Assembly (NCBI GenBank): GCA_965240325.2
Contig: OZ251225.1
Location: 1,240,001 to 1,304,000 of the forward strand
DNA from: Rebecca billardiae RCC1528
Lineage: Eukaryota > Protista > Haptophyta
DNA: 64,000 bases
Direction: 5' to 3'
Notes under the pieces: generated by a model
Told to the model about the DNA's origin: nothing
The model's database searches: none
What the model saw: only the letters and a program-made list of their open reading frames with translations
In this document: piece by piece, positions 1 through 10,314 of the stretch
Numbering within the stretch: the stretch's first letter is position 1
How the letters are laid out: every line of letters begins with the position of its first letter
Translations under genes and position numbers: made by a program

Positions 1-151
1 CACGGCCGAACTCGGACTCGTGATCACCTCCCTCCCACTGGGAGGTGATCACGAGTGGAGGGAGGTGATCACGAGACTCGTGATCACCTCCCTCCACTCG
101 TGATCACCTCCCAGTGGGAGGGAGGTGATCACGAGTCCGAGTTCGGCCGTG
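1..151. repeat. Perfect 151-bp palindrome built of nested CTCGTGATCACCTCC / GGAGGTGATCACGAG units
   Basis: 1-75 is the exact reverse complement of 77-151, centred on A76. Each arm contains further inverted copies of the unit. It may extend beyond the window start. Confidence 0.95.
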
Positions 152-285
152 CTCCCTCAGACCGTTGGCACCCTGACGGTGAGGCTGCAATCTCCTTCGC
201 CATCTGCCCAGCTGCAGAGCTCCAAGCCGCCAACGATTCTGTAGCGCGGGCCGTGTAGCTTGTCACCGACTTCCCGCGGAGGGCC

Positions 286-1266
286 ATGGCCTTGACAGTG
301 ACGCGCGCGCCTGCCGGCGACCCGAACCGGATCATTGGGCTTGAGGTGCACGTCGATGACGCACCGCTCGTCCAGTACCCGCATTCTGACGGCCGCGTGT
401 ACATCGAGAGCAACCTGACCGCGAAATCCTCGTACTGCCGGACGGTCGAGGAGGAGAACCCGTGGGGCGAGATTGAGGAGCGCGACGTGCCCGTGACACC
501 GTTCAAGGTGAAGGTGCGCAACCAAACGAGCGACAAGATGTGGCTCGAGGTCTTGGTGGACGGCTCGCGCGTGCACTACCATTGCCTGAACGCGCAGGCC
601 GAGGCCACCGTCGAGGAGATGGTGATCAAAGGCAAGAAGCACGAGCTGCTCTTCACCATGCCGCGTTTTCGCACGGCCGACGAGCGCGCGGACGATCCGG
701 CCGTGCAAACTTCGACGACGGGGACGATCACCGTCCGTCTCTACCACGCGACCATGACGGGCCAGCAGTACACGACGTACTCGAGCACGTGGGACGCCAG
801 CAACTTCAAGCGTACGTGCGGCGGCTCGAGCGCTCGTGCGACCAATGCATCCACGTGCATGCTTGCGCCCTGCGCCCCGCTGACGAAACACGCGCCCACG
901 TGCCGATGCGTGCGCGCATGCCTTTGCGCCACAGAGGCGAACAAGGACGCCGCGTTCGCAGCCGGCCAACGGACGAACACGAACGGTCTCGTGAGTACAA
1001 CGGCGCCCGGCCGCATCAAGGGGCATGCGCCCGCGCCCGAGACAAAGATGTGCACAATGTACACGGTGGACAAGGTCGCTGCCGCAGAGCGCACGCTGAC
1101 GTATCGCCAGCGCGACTCGCTCGAAGCTCTCGGGCTGGTGCCAGCTGCAAACGACGCGAAGCGGTCGGGCCCTGTGAGCGAGCAGCCCAAGGCGCAGAAG
1201 CGTGCGCGTGCCGACCGCAAGCCCATGAAGCCGGTCGTCACGGGGACGATCGACCTCTGCGACTGA
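286..1266 (+). CDS. Uncharacterised protein, DUF7918-like; one in-frame intron
   Basis: Motifs LEVHVDDAPLVQY, PFKVKVRN, EVLVDG, GTITVRLY and TYRQRDSLEALGLVP resemble the DUF7918 family (from recall). Predicted intron 812-934 (GTACGT...CACAG, 123 nt) removes a low-complexity insert and gives FKQANKD. Confidence 0.7.
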   Translation: MALTVTRAPAGDPNRIIGLEVHVDDAPLVQYPHSDGRVYIESNLTAKSSYCRTVEEENPWGEIEERDVPVTPFKVKVRNQTSDKMWLEVLVDGSRVHYHCLNAQAEATVEEMVIKGKKHELLFTMPRFRTADERADDPAVQTSTTGTITVRLYHATMTGQQYTTYSSTWDASNFKRTCGGSSARATNASTCMLAPCAPLTKHAPTCRCVRACLCATEANKDAAFAAGQRTNTNGLVSTTAPGRIKGHAPAPETKMCTMYTVDKVAAAERTLTYRQRDSLEALGLVPAANDAKRSGPVSEQPKAQKRARADRKPMKPVVTGTIDLCD

Positions 1267-1507
1267 GACGTGCACGTCGCAGGCGGTCATCACGCGCTGC
1301 GAGCGCAGTCCGTGAAAGCTCAACGTGCCGCTCCGGACGGCGGCGTCGGCGCGTGACGGGGCCCGACCAACGGTCACCACGCCCGCGCACGACCGCGCGC
1401 CCTCGGCCACTGGCTATGTAAAACATTGTCAGCAAGTCATCGCGTCGGAAATACTTTTTAAAAAGAAAATCGAATTAAACTGCCATGCCGGTCGCACACG
1501 GGTGCGA

Positions 1508-2638
1508 ATGCGGCAGTGGGCGCAGCGCGCCGCGCTCGTCGCCGCCCTGGCGGTGGTGTGTGCTGACGAGGACGGCTGGGCACGCGTGGCTCAGCACGGT
1601 ATCCCTGTCTGGCCGCGGCCCACGGCCGCACAGCGCGCGGCTGAACGCACGCTCCGAGAGCGGATCGCGAGCGGCGAGATTGGGGTGAAGCTGGACTCGC
1701 GCGCACGGCCGCGAGACTATGCAGTGGACGAGGCGCATCTGAGTGTGTGTACCTCGTGCTTCGAGGACGAGTATCGAGCTCGCCTGCACAGCCGCCCTCT
1801 CGCGCCGCGCGTCGACGCGGCCCAGCCGCTCGTTGATGATTTTGCCATCGAGCGCTTTGCGCGTGCCGCTCGCTCGTACGAAGCGCCGCGCCGCGAGAGG
1901 CTGCCCAACCTGACGTGCCCGGGTGCGTGTGAGCTCACGGACGAGCTCTCGCAGATCAACGCGCGGCGCAACCATTTCGGCTTCTACGGCACCGTGCTGC
2001 GCGACGTCCGGCCTGGCGGCGGCGGGGAGCGGTTCCGCATGTGGCTGGGCGAGTGGGAGCCGTATTACTCGCACAGCGCGGACGGTGTGCGCTGGGCGAC
2101 GCCCCTGCGCCCGCTGCGCCGACCGGGCGCGGACGGCGGTCTGGCGGCCATGTCCGTGTGCGTCACGCGCGACCCAGCACGCGGCCGGCTGCTGATGGCC
2201 TACAACTGCGGCAACAAGAAGCTCGAGTCTGTGTGCATCGCAGCGGCGGCGGACGCGGACGGTCGCGCGGGCCTCGATTGGAGCCCGCTGGGCGCGGGCG
2301 CGACGCCGCGGATGGGCGTGCCCGATGGCGCGCGGTGCGCGCAGCTCGACGCCTGCTGCGGCGCGCCGTGCATCGCCCACGCCGACTCGTACTCGTGCGT
2401 GCGCGCCCGCGCCGACGGCTCGCACGTGCTCGTGAAGCGCTGGGGCTTTGGCACCAACGCCAGCCCCAAGGACTGGCGCGCCACGCGCGGCGTGCTCGTC
2501 GCGAGGAACGCGCGGCTCGACGTGAACGTGAGCGGCTTCGAGACCGTGCGCGCGTGGTACTTCGACCGCGAGGGCAAGCACGAGCGCTATCGCCGCCAGC
2601 TGTACTCGCTCACGCTGTCCGCCCCCGGAGAGGTCCGT

Positions 2639-2669
<31 letters not shown>

Positions 2670-3418
2670 ATGAGCTGACGCTCGGGCTGGCGACGGTGTT
2701 CGAGTGGCCGCGGCTCGGCTCGATCCGCCATCCGGACGTGCCGACGCGCCCGCCGTACGCGCACGACGTGATGAACGTGTACCTGCTGAGCTCGCGCGAC
2801 GGCGGCGTGCTGCACGATCTGAGCAGCGTGTACGCGGGCGCGCCTCTGCTGGCGCACGGCGGGTGCGGGACGGCGGGCGGCGTGGCGCCGCGGCGGCCTG
2901 AGGAGTGCGACTTTGACCACGGGTACGTCCAGCCGGCGTCCGAGCTGATCACCACGCCGGAGTGGCACCTGCTCTACTACGAGGGGCGGCATGTGCGCCA
3001 CGAGCAGCGGTGGCTGACGCCGGCGACGATCGCGCTCGCGCGCTGGGCGCGCGACCGACTCGCTGGCATCCGCGCAGACCCGGTCGCTGCGAGTCCGGCG
3101 ACGTGCGGAGGCGCGCAGTGCGCGGTGGTGGAGACACGAGCGTTCGCCGTCGGCCTGGGTGTCCGCACGCTCGCGCTCAACATGCGCGCGCACAGCCCCT
3201 CGGCCATCCGGGTCGAGCTGCTCGACAGCTCAGGCGGCGCGGTACTCGGCACGTCATCGCCACTCGGCGGCGACAGCGCGCGCGTGCGCGTTAGCTTGCG
3301 CGACGCTGGCGGTGTCGACGTGGCTCTGAGCCATCTGCGCGGGCAGCACGTGCGCTTGCGCTTCCACCTGAGTGGCGAGGCTGCGCTCTTCGCGTTTGTG
3401 CTCCTTTCGGCTCGATGA
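1508..3418 (+). CDS. Secreted five-bladed beta-propeller glycoside-hydrolase-like protein with C-terminal beta-sandwich
   Basis: ATG 1508 starts a signal peptide (MRQWAQRAALVAALAVVCA). Asp-box-like SADGVRW and SRDGG, LLYYEG, IALARWARDRLAG, and the C-terminal IRVELLD...GDS...VRLRFHL...LFAF typical of bacterial GH32-clan-like proteins. Confidence 0.65.
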
Positions 3419-3728
3419 CCCTTTCAGATCCAATGAAAACAGCTCGTACTATATATATATATATATATGATAGCTGAGTGCCTGTGAGTGTGACTAGTTG
3501 CATGATACTACTACGCCTACACTGTCAAGGGGCTCAAGGAGTCAAGGGCCCCCGCCCGCGCGGCCGGGTAAGCGACCGGGTGCGACACCAAAGCGATCAC
3601 CGCCGCCAAAAACTGGTCGTATTTGTTCAGCAGTTTGGTCTCATGATTGATGATTCGATGGTCGGGAGGGCGGCCTCTCGGCGAGTAAACACGGCTCCTT
3701 GCGCAGCGAGTCATTCGTCAACGCCATC

Positions 3729-6700
3729 ATGGGAGCCTCGTGCTCCCGCCTCACGCCTGCCGCGGCGGGCGAGGGCTCGCACGAGACGACGGCCGTGCTG
3801 GAGGAAGGCCCGCGCAGCGAGACGGCGCCGGCCGAGAACTCTCGCCCGTCGCCGCTCTCCGACCGACCGTTGCGAGGCCTTTTGAGCGGCGCGATGCCCA
3901 AGGTGGTGCTTGCTATTGTCGTGATTGCCAACATCTTCGGGCTGTGGCACGTGGTCGTGAGCGGGCGGCACGCGGCGGCGGGCAAGGCGTACTGTGCGAG
4001 TGCGACGCGCCTGCCGGCCGACGGCCAGCCGCAGCTCTTTGACGGCAAGCGCGAGTGGTGCGAGGACACGCCGCACAAGCTCGCCGACTCCTTCTTCGAC
4101 CTGCAGTGCTTGAGCGGCCTGGGCGTGGAGTGCGCGCTGGGCGAGGTGAACGACTTCATGGAGGTGTTCGCGAACGACGCGCGCCCGATCGCGCAGCTGC
4201 TGGTCGCGCCGGAGCTCATCGTCTTCCTCGCCGTCGCGCAGTTTGGCAAGGTGCCGGTGCCGAGCAGCTGGGTGGGAACGCTCGGCTTCACGCTCTGGAC
4301 GACGCTGACGTGCGGGCAGTGGGCTCTGGGCTTGCACACGCTGATGACGACGGTGGGCACGTTCCTCGTGACGCACCACCGCTTCCTCTGCTGCGCGCGG
4401 CCGTGGGCCCCGGACTGGTGGCCCGACGGCCCGCGGCTGATCGACGTGGTCGCGCTCGCGACCGCGGGCGTGCAGCCGTCGATGCTCACCGGCCTCGCGC
4501 TGGCGCTGATGCACCCGCTCGCGCTGATGGCGGGGCTGCAGGCCGCGCGGCACGCGGCGTCGATCGACGAGCACACCAGCCCGATCGTCGAGAAGGCCGT
4601 CGACGTCCTCGACCGCGTGCTCGTGCGCGGCGCCGCGCGCGTGCTGATGTGGCTCTCCCTCGGGCTTGTGCTCTGCTCGGTCGGCTGGACGGTGCTCACG
4701 CTCGGCGCGATCGCCGCGCTCGCGCTCGCGCCGGGCACGGTGATCGCGTTCGCCGTGACGTTCTTCGCGATCCTCCCGCTCGTGCAGTACGGCCACCGCC
4801 ACCTCGTCCGCTTCGCCGGCGACGACTTTGTCGACACCGCGCACAACATTGACGGCACGGTCGCGCGGCGCGAGATGCGCGTGCGCACGCCGGCGCAGAA
4901 CGTCGCGGCGGCCGCGCGCGACGCGCTGCACTGGATCGACCCGAGCAAGACGGACGCGGTGTGGCGGCGCGTGTGGCAGCAGGGCCAGCTGCCGCGCTCC
5001 ACCGTCACCCTCTTCTTCGGCTTCGTCATCGTCGCGCAGCTGCTCTCCGCGCCGCTTGTGTTTGGCGTGTGGAGCGCGGCGGCGGCGCTCGGCTCGAGCA
5101 GCCCGGGCGCGGCGCTCGGCTCAGTGCTGCCGATGCAGTACGCGTTCCTCGCGAGCGAGGTGCAGGGGTTCCGGCTGACGATCCCGTGGCAGCTGCTCCC
5201 CGTGGACAAGCTCGCCGAGGTCCTCGCCAACCCGCGCCTGCTGTTCCCATCCTTCCACTTCGACGAGGTCTACTCCGCCGTGCTCGCCTCGCGCGCGTCG
5301 CTCACGCTCGGGCTGATCCTGGCGACGCTCAAGTTCGGCACGATCCACACGCTGCGGCTGTCGCTGATGTTCGCGCGCTTCGCGATGGCCGCGATGATGG
5401 GCACCGCCTTCTACGTGCAGCAGCGGCTGTGCATGCAGCAGTGGCTCGGGCTCGCCAGCGTCTCGGAGCTCACGTGGCGCGCGGAGGGCAGCGCGCACGT
5501 GCAGCCGCGCCAGGTGCTCGGCCAGGGGGACATCTCGTTCCGGGCACTCAAGGGGTTTGGCGACGAGGACGTGCGCGTGCTCTCAGAGTACCTGGCCGTG
5601 GACAAGGGGGTGGCGATCACGGTGCTCGCCATCTCGGACTGCCGGCTGACCGACGCCGGCACCGCGCTGCTCGTCGAGGCCCTCGCCGAGCGCGAGCTGG
5701 ACGACCTGGAGCTCTACTCAAACGAGATCGGGGACGGCGGCGCCGCCAGCCTCAGCCAGCTGCTGCGCACGCACCTCGCGCCGCCGAGCGCGCCGCGGGT
5801 GCGGACGCCGAGCGGCTTGGAGCGCCTCACGCCGCCCTCGGCGCAGCCGCCACCGCCGACGCTGCTCCGGAGCCTGGACCTCAGCCACAACCGCATCGGC
5901 GCGGCCGGCGCCGCCAGCCTCGCCGCCGCGCTGTCCGTGCCGGGGAGCACGCTCACGATGCTCGACCTGTACGGCAACTCGGTGCGCGACGCGGGCGCGC
6001 GCTCGCTCGCCGCGATGCTGGAGACGAACGTGACCCTCGAGGTGCTCGACCTCGGGCGGAACAACATCGAGCACAACGGCGCCATCTCCTTCAGCGAGGT
6101 GCTGCGCGTGAACAGCACGCTCAAGCGGCTCGACCTGAGCCACAGCCTGATGCGCGATAGGGGCGCGATCGCGCTCGCGCGCGCGCTGCGCACGGCCAAC
6201 TCGACGCTGACCGAGCTCGACCTGAGCCACAGCGAGGTCGGGGACGAGGGCGCGATCGAGATGGCGCGGATGCTCGGCGCCAACACCATGCTCACCGACA
6301 TCGACCTGGGCAACAACCGGATCGGCGACCGCGGCGCGGCCGAGCTGAGCGCGCAGCTGCGCGGCGCGCAGCCACGCCGCGCGATCGCCGAGCTCGACCT
6401 GGGCTCCAACAACATTGGCGGCACGCGCGGGCTCGCCGACCTGATCCGCTCCGACGCCGTGAAGAAGCTGGACCTCGAGTTCAACGACCTCGGCGCGAGC
6501 GGGGCCTCCGACTTCGCGCGCGCGCTGCGCTCCAACCGGCTGCTCGTCAGCCTCGACCTGCGCAGCAACAAGGTGGGCGATGAGGGCGCGTCCGAGCTCG
6601 CCGACGCGCTCGCCTCGCACGGCGCGCTGCACACGCTCGACCTCGCCAAGAACGGCATCGGCGTGTCGGGCGCGGAGCGTCTCGCGCACATGCTGCGCAG

Positions 6701-7295
6701 CGCGCGCACGCTGACGCACCTCAACCTGGACGACAACAGCGTGGGCGACGACGGCGCGACGGCGCTCGCCAAGGCGCTCGGCTCCAACGCGACGCTCGAG
6801 CTGCTCGACTTGAGCGACAACGGCCTCGGCGCAGCCGGCGTGAGCGAGCTGGCGGCCATGCTGCGCACCAACGCGAAGCTGAAGACGCTCCGCCTCCGCG
6901 CCAACCAGAGCGGCAGGGAGGGCGTGCACGCGCTCGCCGAGGCCCTGTGTGACAACTCGACGCTGCTCACGCTCGACCTCAGCGAGAACCCCCTCGGCGG
7001 CAGCGACGGCTCGATTGCGGAGATCAAGGTGGAGGCGACGTGCGTGCACGACCTCGCGCGCATGCTCAAGCGGAACGGCGCGCTCACGCAGCTCGACCTC
7101 AGCGACACGCGGCTGCACGAGCTGTCGCAGGCGCAGGTGAGAGCCGCGTGGCGGCATGAGATGACCGGGCTCAAGCTCGGGGATGGCAGGTGGGAAGAGG
7201 CGAAGGAGAGGCTGAGCATAGCGGGGAAGCGGCGCATCACGCTCACGGCGTCGCGCCTCGAGGCCAAAGTGGTCGCGTCGATGCATCGCCGCTGA
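3729..7295 (+). CDS. Multi-pass membrane protein with C-terminal RNI/NLRC3-type leucine-rich repeats
   Basis: Long ORF with host-like codon use. Many hydrophobic segments in the N-terminal half, then more than 15 ~28-aa LxxLDLxxNxIGDxGAxxLAxxL repeats from ~5600. Confidence 0.88.
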   Translation: MGASCSRLTPAAAGEGSHETTAVLEEGPRSETAPAENSRPSPLSDRPLRGLLSGAMPKVVLAIVVIANIFGLWHVVVSGRHAAAGKAYCASATRLPADGQPQLFDGKREWCEDTPHKLADSFFDLQCLSGLGVECALGEVNDFMEVFANDARPIAQLLVAPELIVFLAVAQFGKVPVPSSWVGTLGFTLWTTLTCGQWALGLHTLMTTVGTFLVTHHRFLCCARPWAPDWWPDGPRLIDVVALATAGVQPSMLTGLALALMHPLALMAGLQAARHAASIDEHTSPIVEKAVDVLDRVLVRGAARVLMWLSLGLVLCSVGWTVLTLGAIAALALAPGTVIAFAVTFFAILPLVQYGHRHLVRFAGDDFVDTAHNIDGTVARREMRVRTPAQNVAAAARDALHWIDPSKTDAVWRRVWQQGQLPRSTVTLFFGFVIVAQLLSAPLVFGVWSAAAALGSSSPGAALGSVLPMQYAFLASEVQGFRLTIPWQLLPVDKLAEVLANPRLLFPSFHFDEVYSAVLASRASLTLGLILATLKFGTIHTLRLSLMFARFAMAAMMGTAFYVQQRLCMQQWLGLASVSELTWRAEGSAHVQPRQVLGQGDISFRALKGFGDEDVRVLSEYLAVDKGVAITVLAISDCRLTDAGTALLVEALAERELDDLELYSNEIGDGGAASLSQLLRTHLAPPSAPRVRTPSGLERLTPPSAQPPPPTLLRSLDLSHNRIGAAGAASLAAALSVPGSTLTMLDLYGNSVRDAGARSLAAMLETNVTLEVLDLGRNNIEHNGAISFSEVLRVNSTLKRLDLSHSLMRDRGAIALARALRTANSTLTELDLSHSEVGDEGAIEMARMLGANTMLTDIDLGNNRIGDRGAAELSAQLRGAQPRRAIAELDLGSNNIGGTRGLADLIRSDAVKKLDLEFNDLGASGASDFARALRSNRLLVSLDLRSNKVGDEGASELADALASHGALHTLDLAKNGIGVSGAERLAHMLRSARTLTHLNLDDNSVGDDGATALAKALGSNATLELLDLSDNGLGAAGVSELAAMLRTNAKLKTLRLRANQSGREGVHALAEALCDNSTLLTLDLSENPLGGSDGSIAEIKVEATCVHDLARMLKRNGALTQLDLSDTRLHELSQAQVRAAWRHEMTGLKLGDGRWEEAKERLSIAGKRRITLTASRLEAKVVASMHRR

Positions 7296-7511
7296 GCCAG
7301 CTACTATCGCTAGGAGCCCAGTCCAGCGCGCCCGCTCTCGATCTGGGACTAGGTGACCGTCGGTCGGCTTGATTCTTACCCACCGGGTGTGACGATCGAT
7401 GCTGTGGGCACGCATCGCCGCGGCTGTCGTGCCAGTGACAGTGCCGCTGTCACTGATGAACACTGTGTCTGTGGCAGGCAAACAGTCAAGACTGATGAAC
7501 CGACTACAGTA

Positions 7512-7580
7512 CAGTTTACTATGATTTAACGTGCACAGTTTACTAAGAATAAGAGACGCACACAGCTCAGGCAGGCGAGA
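7512..7580 (+). mobile_element. Two fused TA-CAGTTTAC transposon-end fragments (Tc1/mariner-like)
   Basis: 7512-7535 matches the ends at 16953 and 24046 (rc). 7536-7580 is identical to 57692-57736. Confidence 0.7.
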
Positions 7581-7760
7581 GTACCGTGAACTGACGCGCG
7601 CGATTTGAGCGCCTTGTCCGGACTTTTCGCGGAAAATGCTCGGAAGGTCGGAAAAGCACGCGTTGCACTTTCGCGCGCCAAAACCACAGCCGTGACGCGA
7701 CTCACGAGTCGAACACCGCCGCCGCATCCCTCGACTTCGTCCGCAACCGAACCCGCGCCG

Positions 7761-8876
7761 ATGGGGAACAGCAACACGAAGCAGCAGCAGACGACCAGCA
7801 ACAAGGTGGCCCTCGTCGTGGGCAAGGGTGTCATTGGCCGCTCGATCATCGAGCACCTCGACGCCAAGCCCGACGAGTGGCGTGAGGTGATCGTGCTCGC
7901 CACGTCCGAGCCCAACTTCAACACGCGCTCGCGCACGATCAGGGTGGACCTGCTCGACGAGGTCGACGTGGCCGCTAAGCTCGGAACGGGGGCAATTGCT
8001 GACGTGACGCACGTCTTCTTCTGCGGTCTCGCCCCCGGCGGCACGGACGACACCGAGACGAACGTCGCGCTGCTGCGCAACGCAGTGAACGCGGCCGACG
8101 CGCATGCGCCCAAGCTGGAGCGCATCCTGCTCAACACGGGGCTCAAGCGGTACGGCGTGCACCTGGGCAAGTTTAAGACGCCTGCGCGTGAGTCCGACCC
8201 GCGCACCAAGGAGAACACCATCTTCTACCACCAGCAGGCCGACTACCTCGCGCAGGCAGCGCAGGGCAAGCGGTGGGACTGGGTCGAGGTGATCCCGGAC
8301 GTGGTGTGCGGCTACGCCACGGGGCAGATGAACCTCGCCGTGACGATCGCGGCGTACTGCGCGATCCAGAAAGAGCTGGGCCTGCCGCTTACATTCCCGG
8401 GCAAGCCCGGCTGCTTCGACAAGCTCGCGCAGGTGTGCTACGCGCCGCACCTCGCGAAGGCATGCGAGTTTGCTGCGACGAGCGGCAGCACGGGCGGCGA
8501 GGCGTACAACGTGGTCAACGGCGACTTCTTCCGCTGGGAGACGGTGTTCCCACAGTTCGCGGAGTACTTCGGGCTTCAGTTCAACGGCATCGCCACGCGC
8601 TCGCTCGCCGAGGAGATGGCTGACAAGGGTGAGGTGTGGGACCGCATTGTCGCCAAGTACGGCCTCAAGCCAATCCCGCTCGACAAGCTCGCCTCGTGGG
8701 GGTTCGCCGACTGGGTGTTCAGCGCCGAGTACGACGTGATGTCCGACACGAGCAAGCTGCGCCAGGCGGGCTTCGCCGATGCGATGGACTCCGAGGCCAT
8801 GTTCGCCCGCATGTTCGACGACTTCAAGGCGATGCGCGTGCTACCCGACCACGATGCCCTGGCGTCGAGCGCATGA
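7761..8876 (+). CDS. PRISE/VEP1 (progesterone 5beta-reductase/iridoid synthase-like) SDR oxidoreductase
   Basis: ALVVGKGVIG Rossmann start, VTHVFF, TGLKRYG..LG, FKTPARESDPR, FY, W-x-x-x-x-P, GEAYNVVNGD.FRW, KLRQAGF. The N-terminus MGNSNTK fits an N-myristoylation motif. Confidence 0.88.
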   Translation: MGNSNTKQQQTTSNKVALVVGKGVIGRSIIEHLDAKPDEWREVIVLATSEPNFNTRSRTIRVDLLDEVDVAAKLGTGAIADVTHVFFCGLAPGGTDDTETNVALLRNAVNAADAHAPKLERILLNTGLKRYGVHLGKFKTPARESDPRTKENTIFYHQQADYLAQAAQGKRWDWVEVIPDVVCGYATGQMNLAVTIAAYCAIQKELGLPLTFPGKPGCFDKLAQVCYAPHLAKACEFAATSGSTGGEAYNVVNGDFFRWETVFPQFAEYFGLQFNGIATRSLAEEMADKGEVWDRIVAKYGLKPIPLDKLASWGFADWVFSAEYDVMSDTSKLRQAGFADAMDSEAMFARMFDDFKAMRVLPDHDALASSA

Positions 8877-9960
8877 GTGATAGTAAGCCCGAGTCACTGT
8901 AAGGCTGCGGGCGCCGGCAACGTCACGGCAGTCTTGAGACGTGAGTCGGCACTGCCCGGCGGCGACGTGGCCAATCTGAGGAAGGGCACCTGACTGTGTG
9001 CCCCTTGCTATATGCAGTACGGCTGAAATCCGATTGGCATAATAATACAGCTACACTCCGTAAGGAACGTGAGTACGTCATCGGACCGTCTTACTGGCAA
9101 TATCATCCGTTCATACTAATCGTCATAATCATCAGCCAGAATGAGTATTGCAGGCAACAGCCATGTGCTTACTTTAATAATAAAAAGTAATTGCAAATTG
9201 CGGCTGGATATTCTCTGACCTCGATCTGTCTGTCTACCTCGTAGAATACGCGTCGCCGCGGTCAGCCGGCCAAGCGGCTAAATTGCCTAATAATAAAGCG
9301 GCGCGCAGCTTATAGCATTCAGAAGAGGGGCTTGGAGCAGAGTGAGCGCGCCGCCTAGTGCGCTAGCTCTGGGCAGATGAAACGGATGAGGTTGTAGTCG
9401 ATGACGATAGTCGCAGCCCGGCCCGCGTTCATCATCACTGTACAATATCTGATATGTATTAATGTAATGCTAATAACACCTCTGTCAGCACAGTAGTCAG
9501 CTGCAGTGAAGTTAGTATACATATGCATATATCTATATATGCATATACATGCAAATACATGCATATATATGCATGTATATATATATATATATATATATAT
9601 GCATATCCGGTCAGACAGGCCATAATCATTATCAGACCGCCAGTAATGTGGAAACCGAGTTGAACTGGACCGCCTGTCGCTGCCCCGACACTGTCACTGT
9701 GCATTCCTATGCGGCCCTGTGCCCGCGGTGTGCCGCCTGCGGAGCCTGACTGGTCGGCGCCCCGAAGCTGGAAGCAGAATAAGGCGGCATGTAGAACTGC
9801 TGACAGATTACTAGTCCAGAGTCCAGACGACCCCACTTACCCCAGTCCGCACATGACACATGTCTCATGATGCAAGGGAGTCACACCGGATGCAAGGATA
9901 TGTTGTCAGTGGCCCTACTGGCCCGTGGGCCCAGCTGCCGTACAGTATTGTAGTGTACGG

Positions 9961-10051
9961 GGCTGGCCAGGGTAGGGCTGGACCGGCTGGAGGCTTCGGC
10001 CGCCAGTCTGATCACCCGGAGCCGTTATTTATATAAAGGGGAATTTAAAAA
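9961..10051 (+). repeat. Dispersed ~80-100-bp repeat with cUUCGg hairpin and A-rich tail (copy 1)
   Basis: Homologous to 58027-58105 (+) and 56537-56634 (-). Confidence 0.8.
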
Positions 10052-10314
10052 TACATTTTGTAACTAAGAATAAGAGGCGCACACAGTAGCAACGGCAGGC
10101 GCGGGCGTTCCGACCGTCCGACGGCTGCTTTGAATTCGCGGCGTCATCCTGACAGCAGAAATTCCTGACCAGCAGCAGCACGCACATTCCTGTCGAGGGC
10201 CCCGGACTCTGTTCCAGGACGTGGATTCAGGATGCAGCGCACGAACGAAGCATCAAGCGCAGCAGCGGGAACACTCGCCCGTGCACCTCCACGACGCACG
10301 CGCTCGTCATCGCG

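Noticed and set aside
1-151. CRISPR array or telomere
   Set aside because: Units alternate in orientation with no unique spacers, and there is no telomeric motif.
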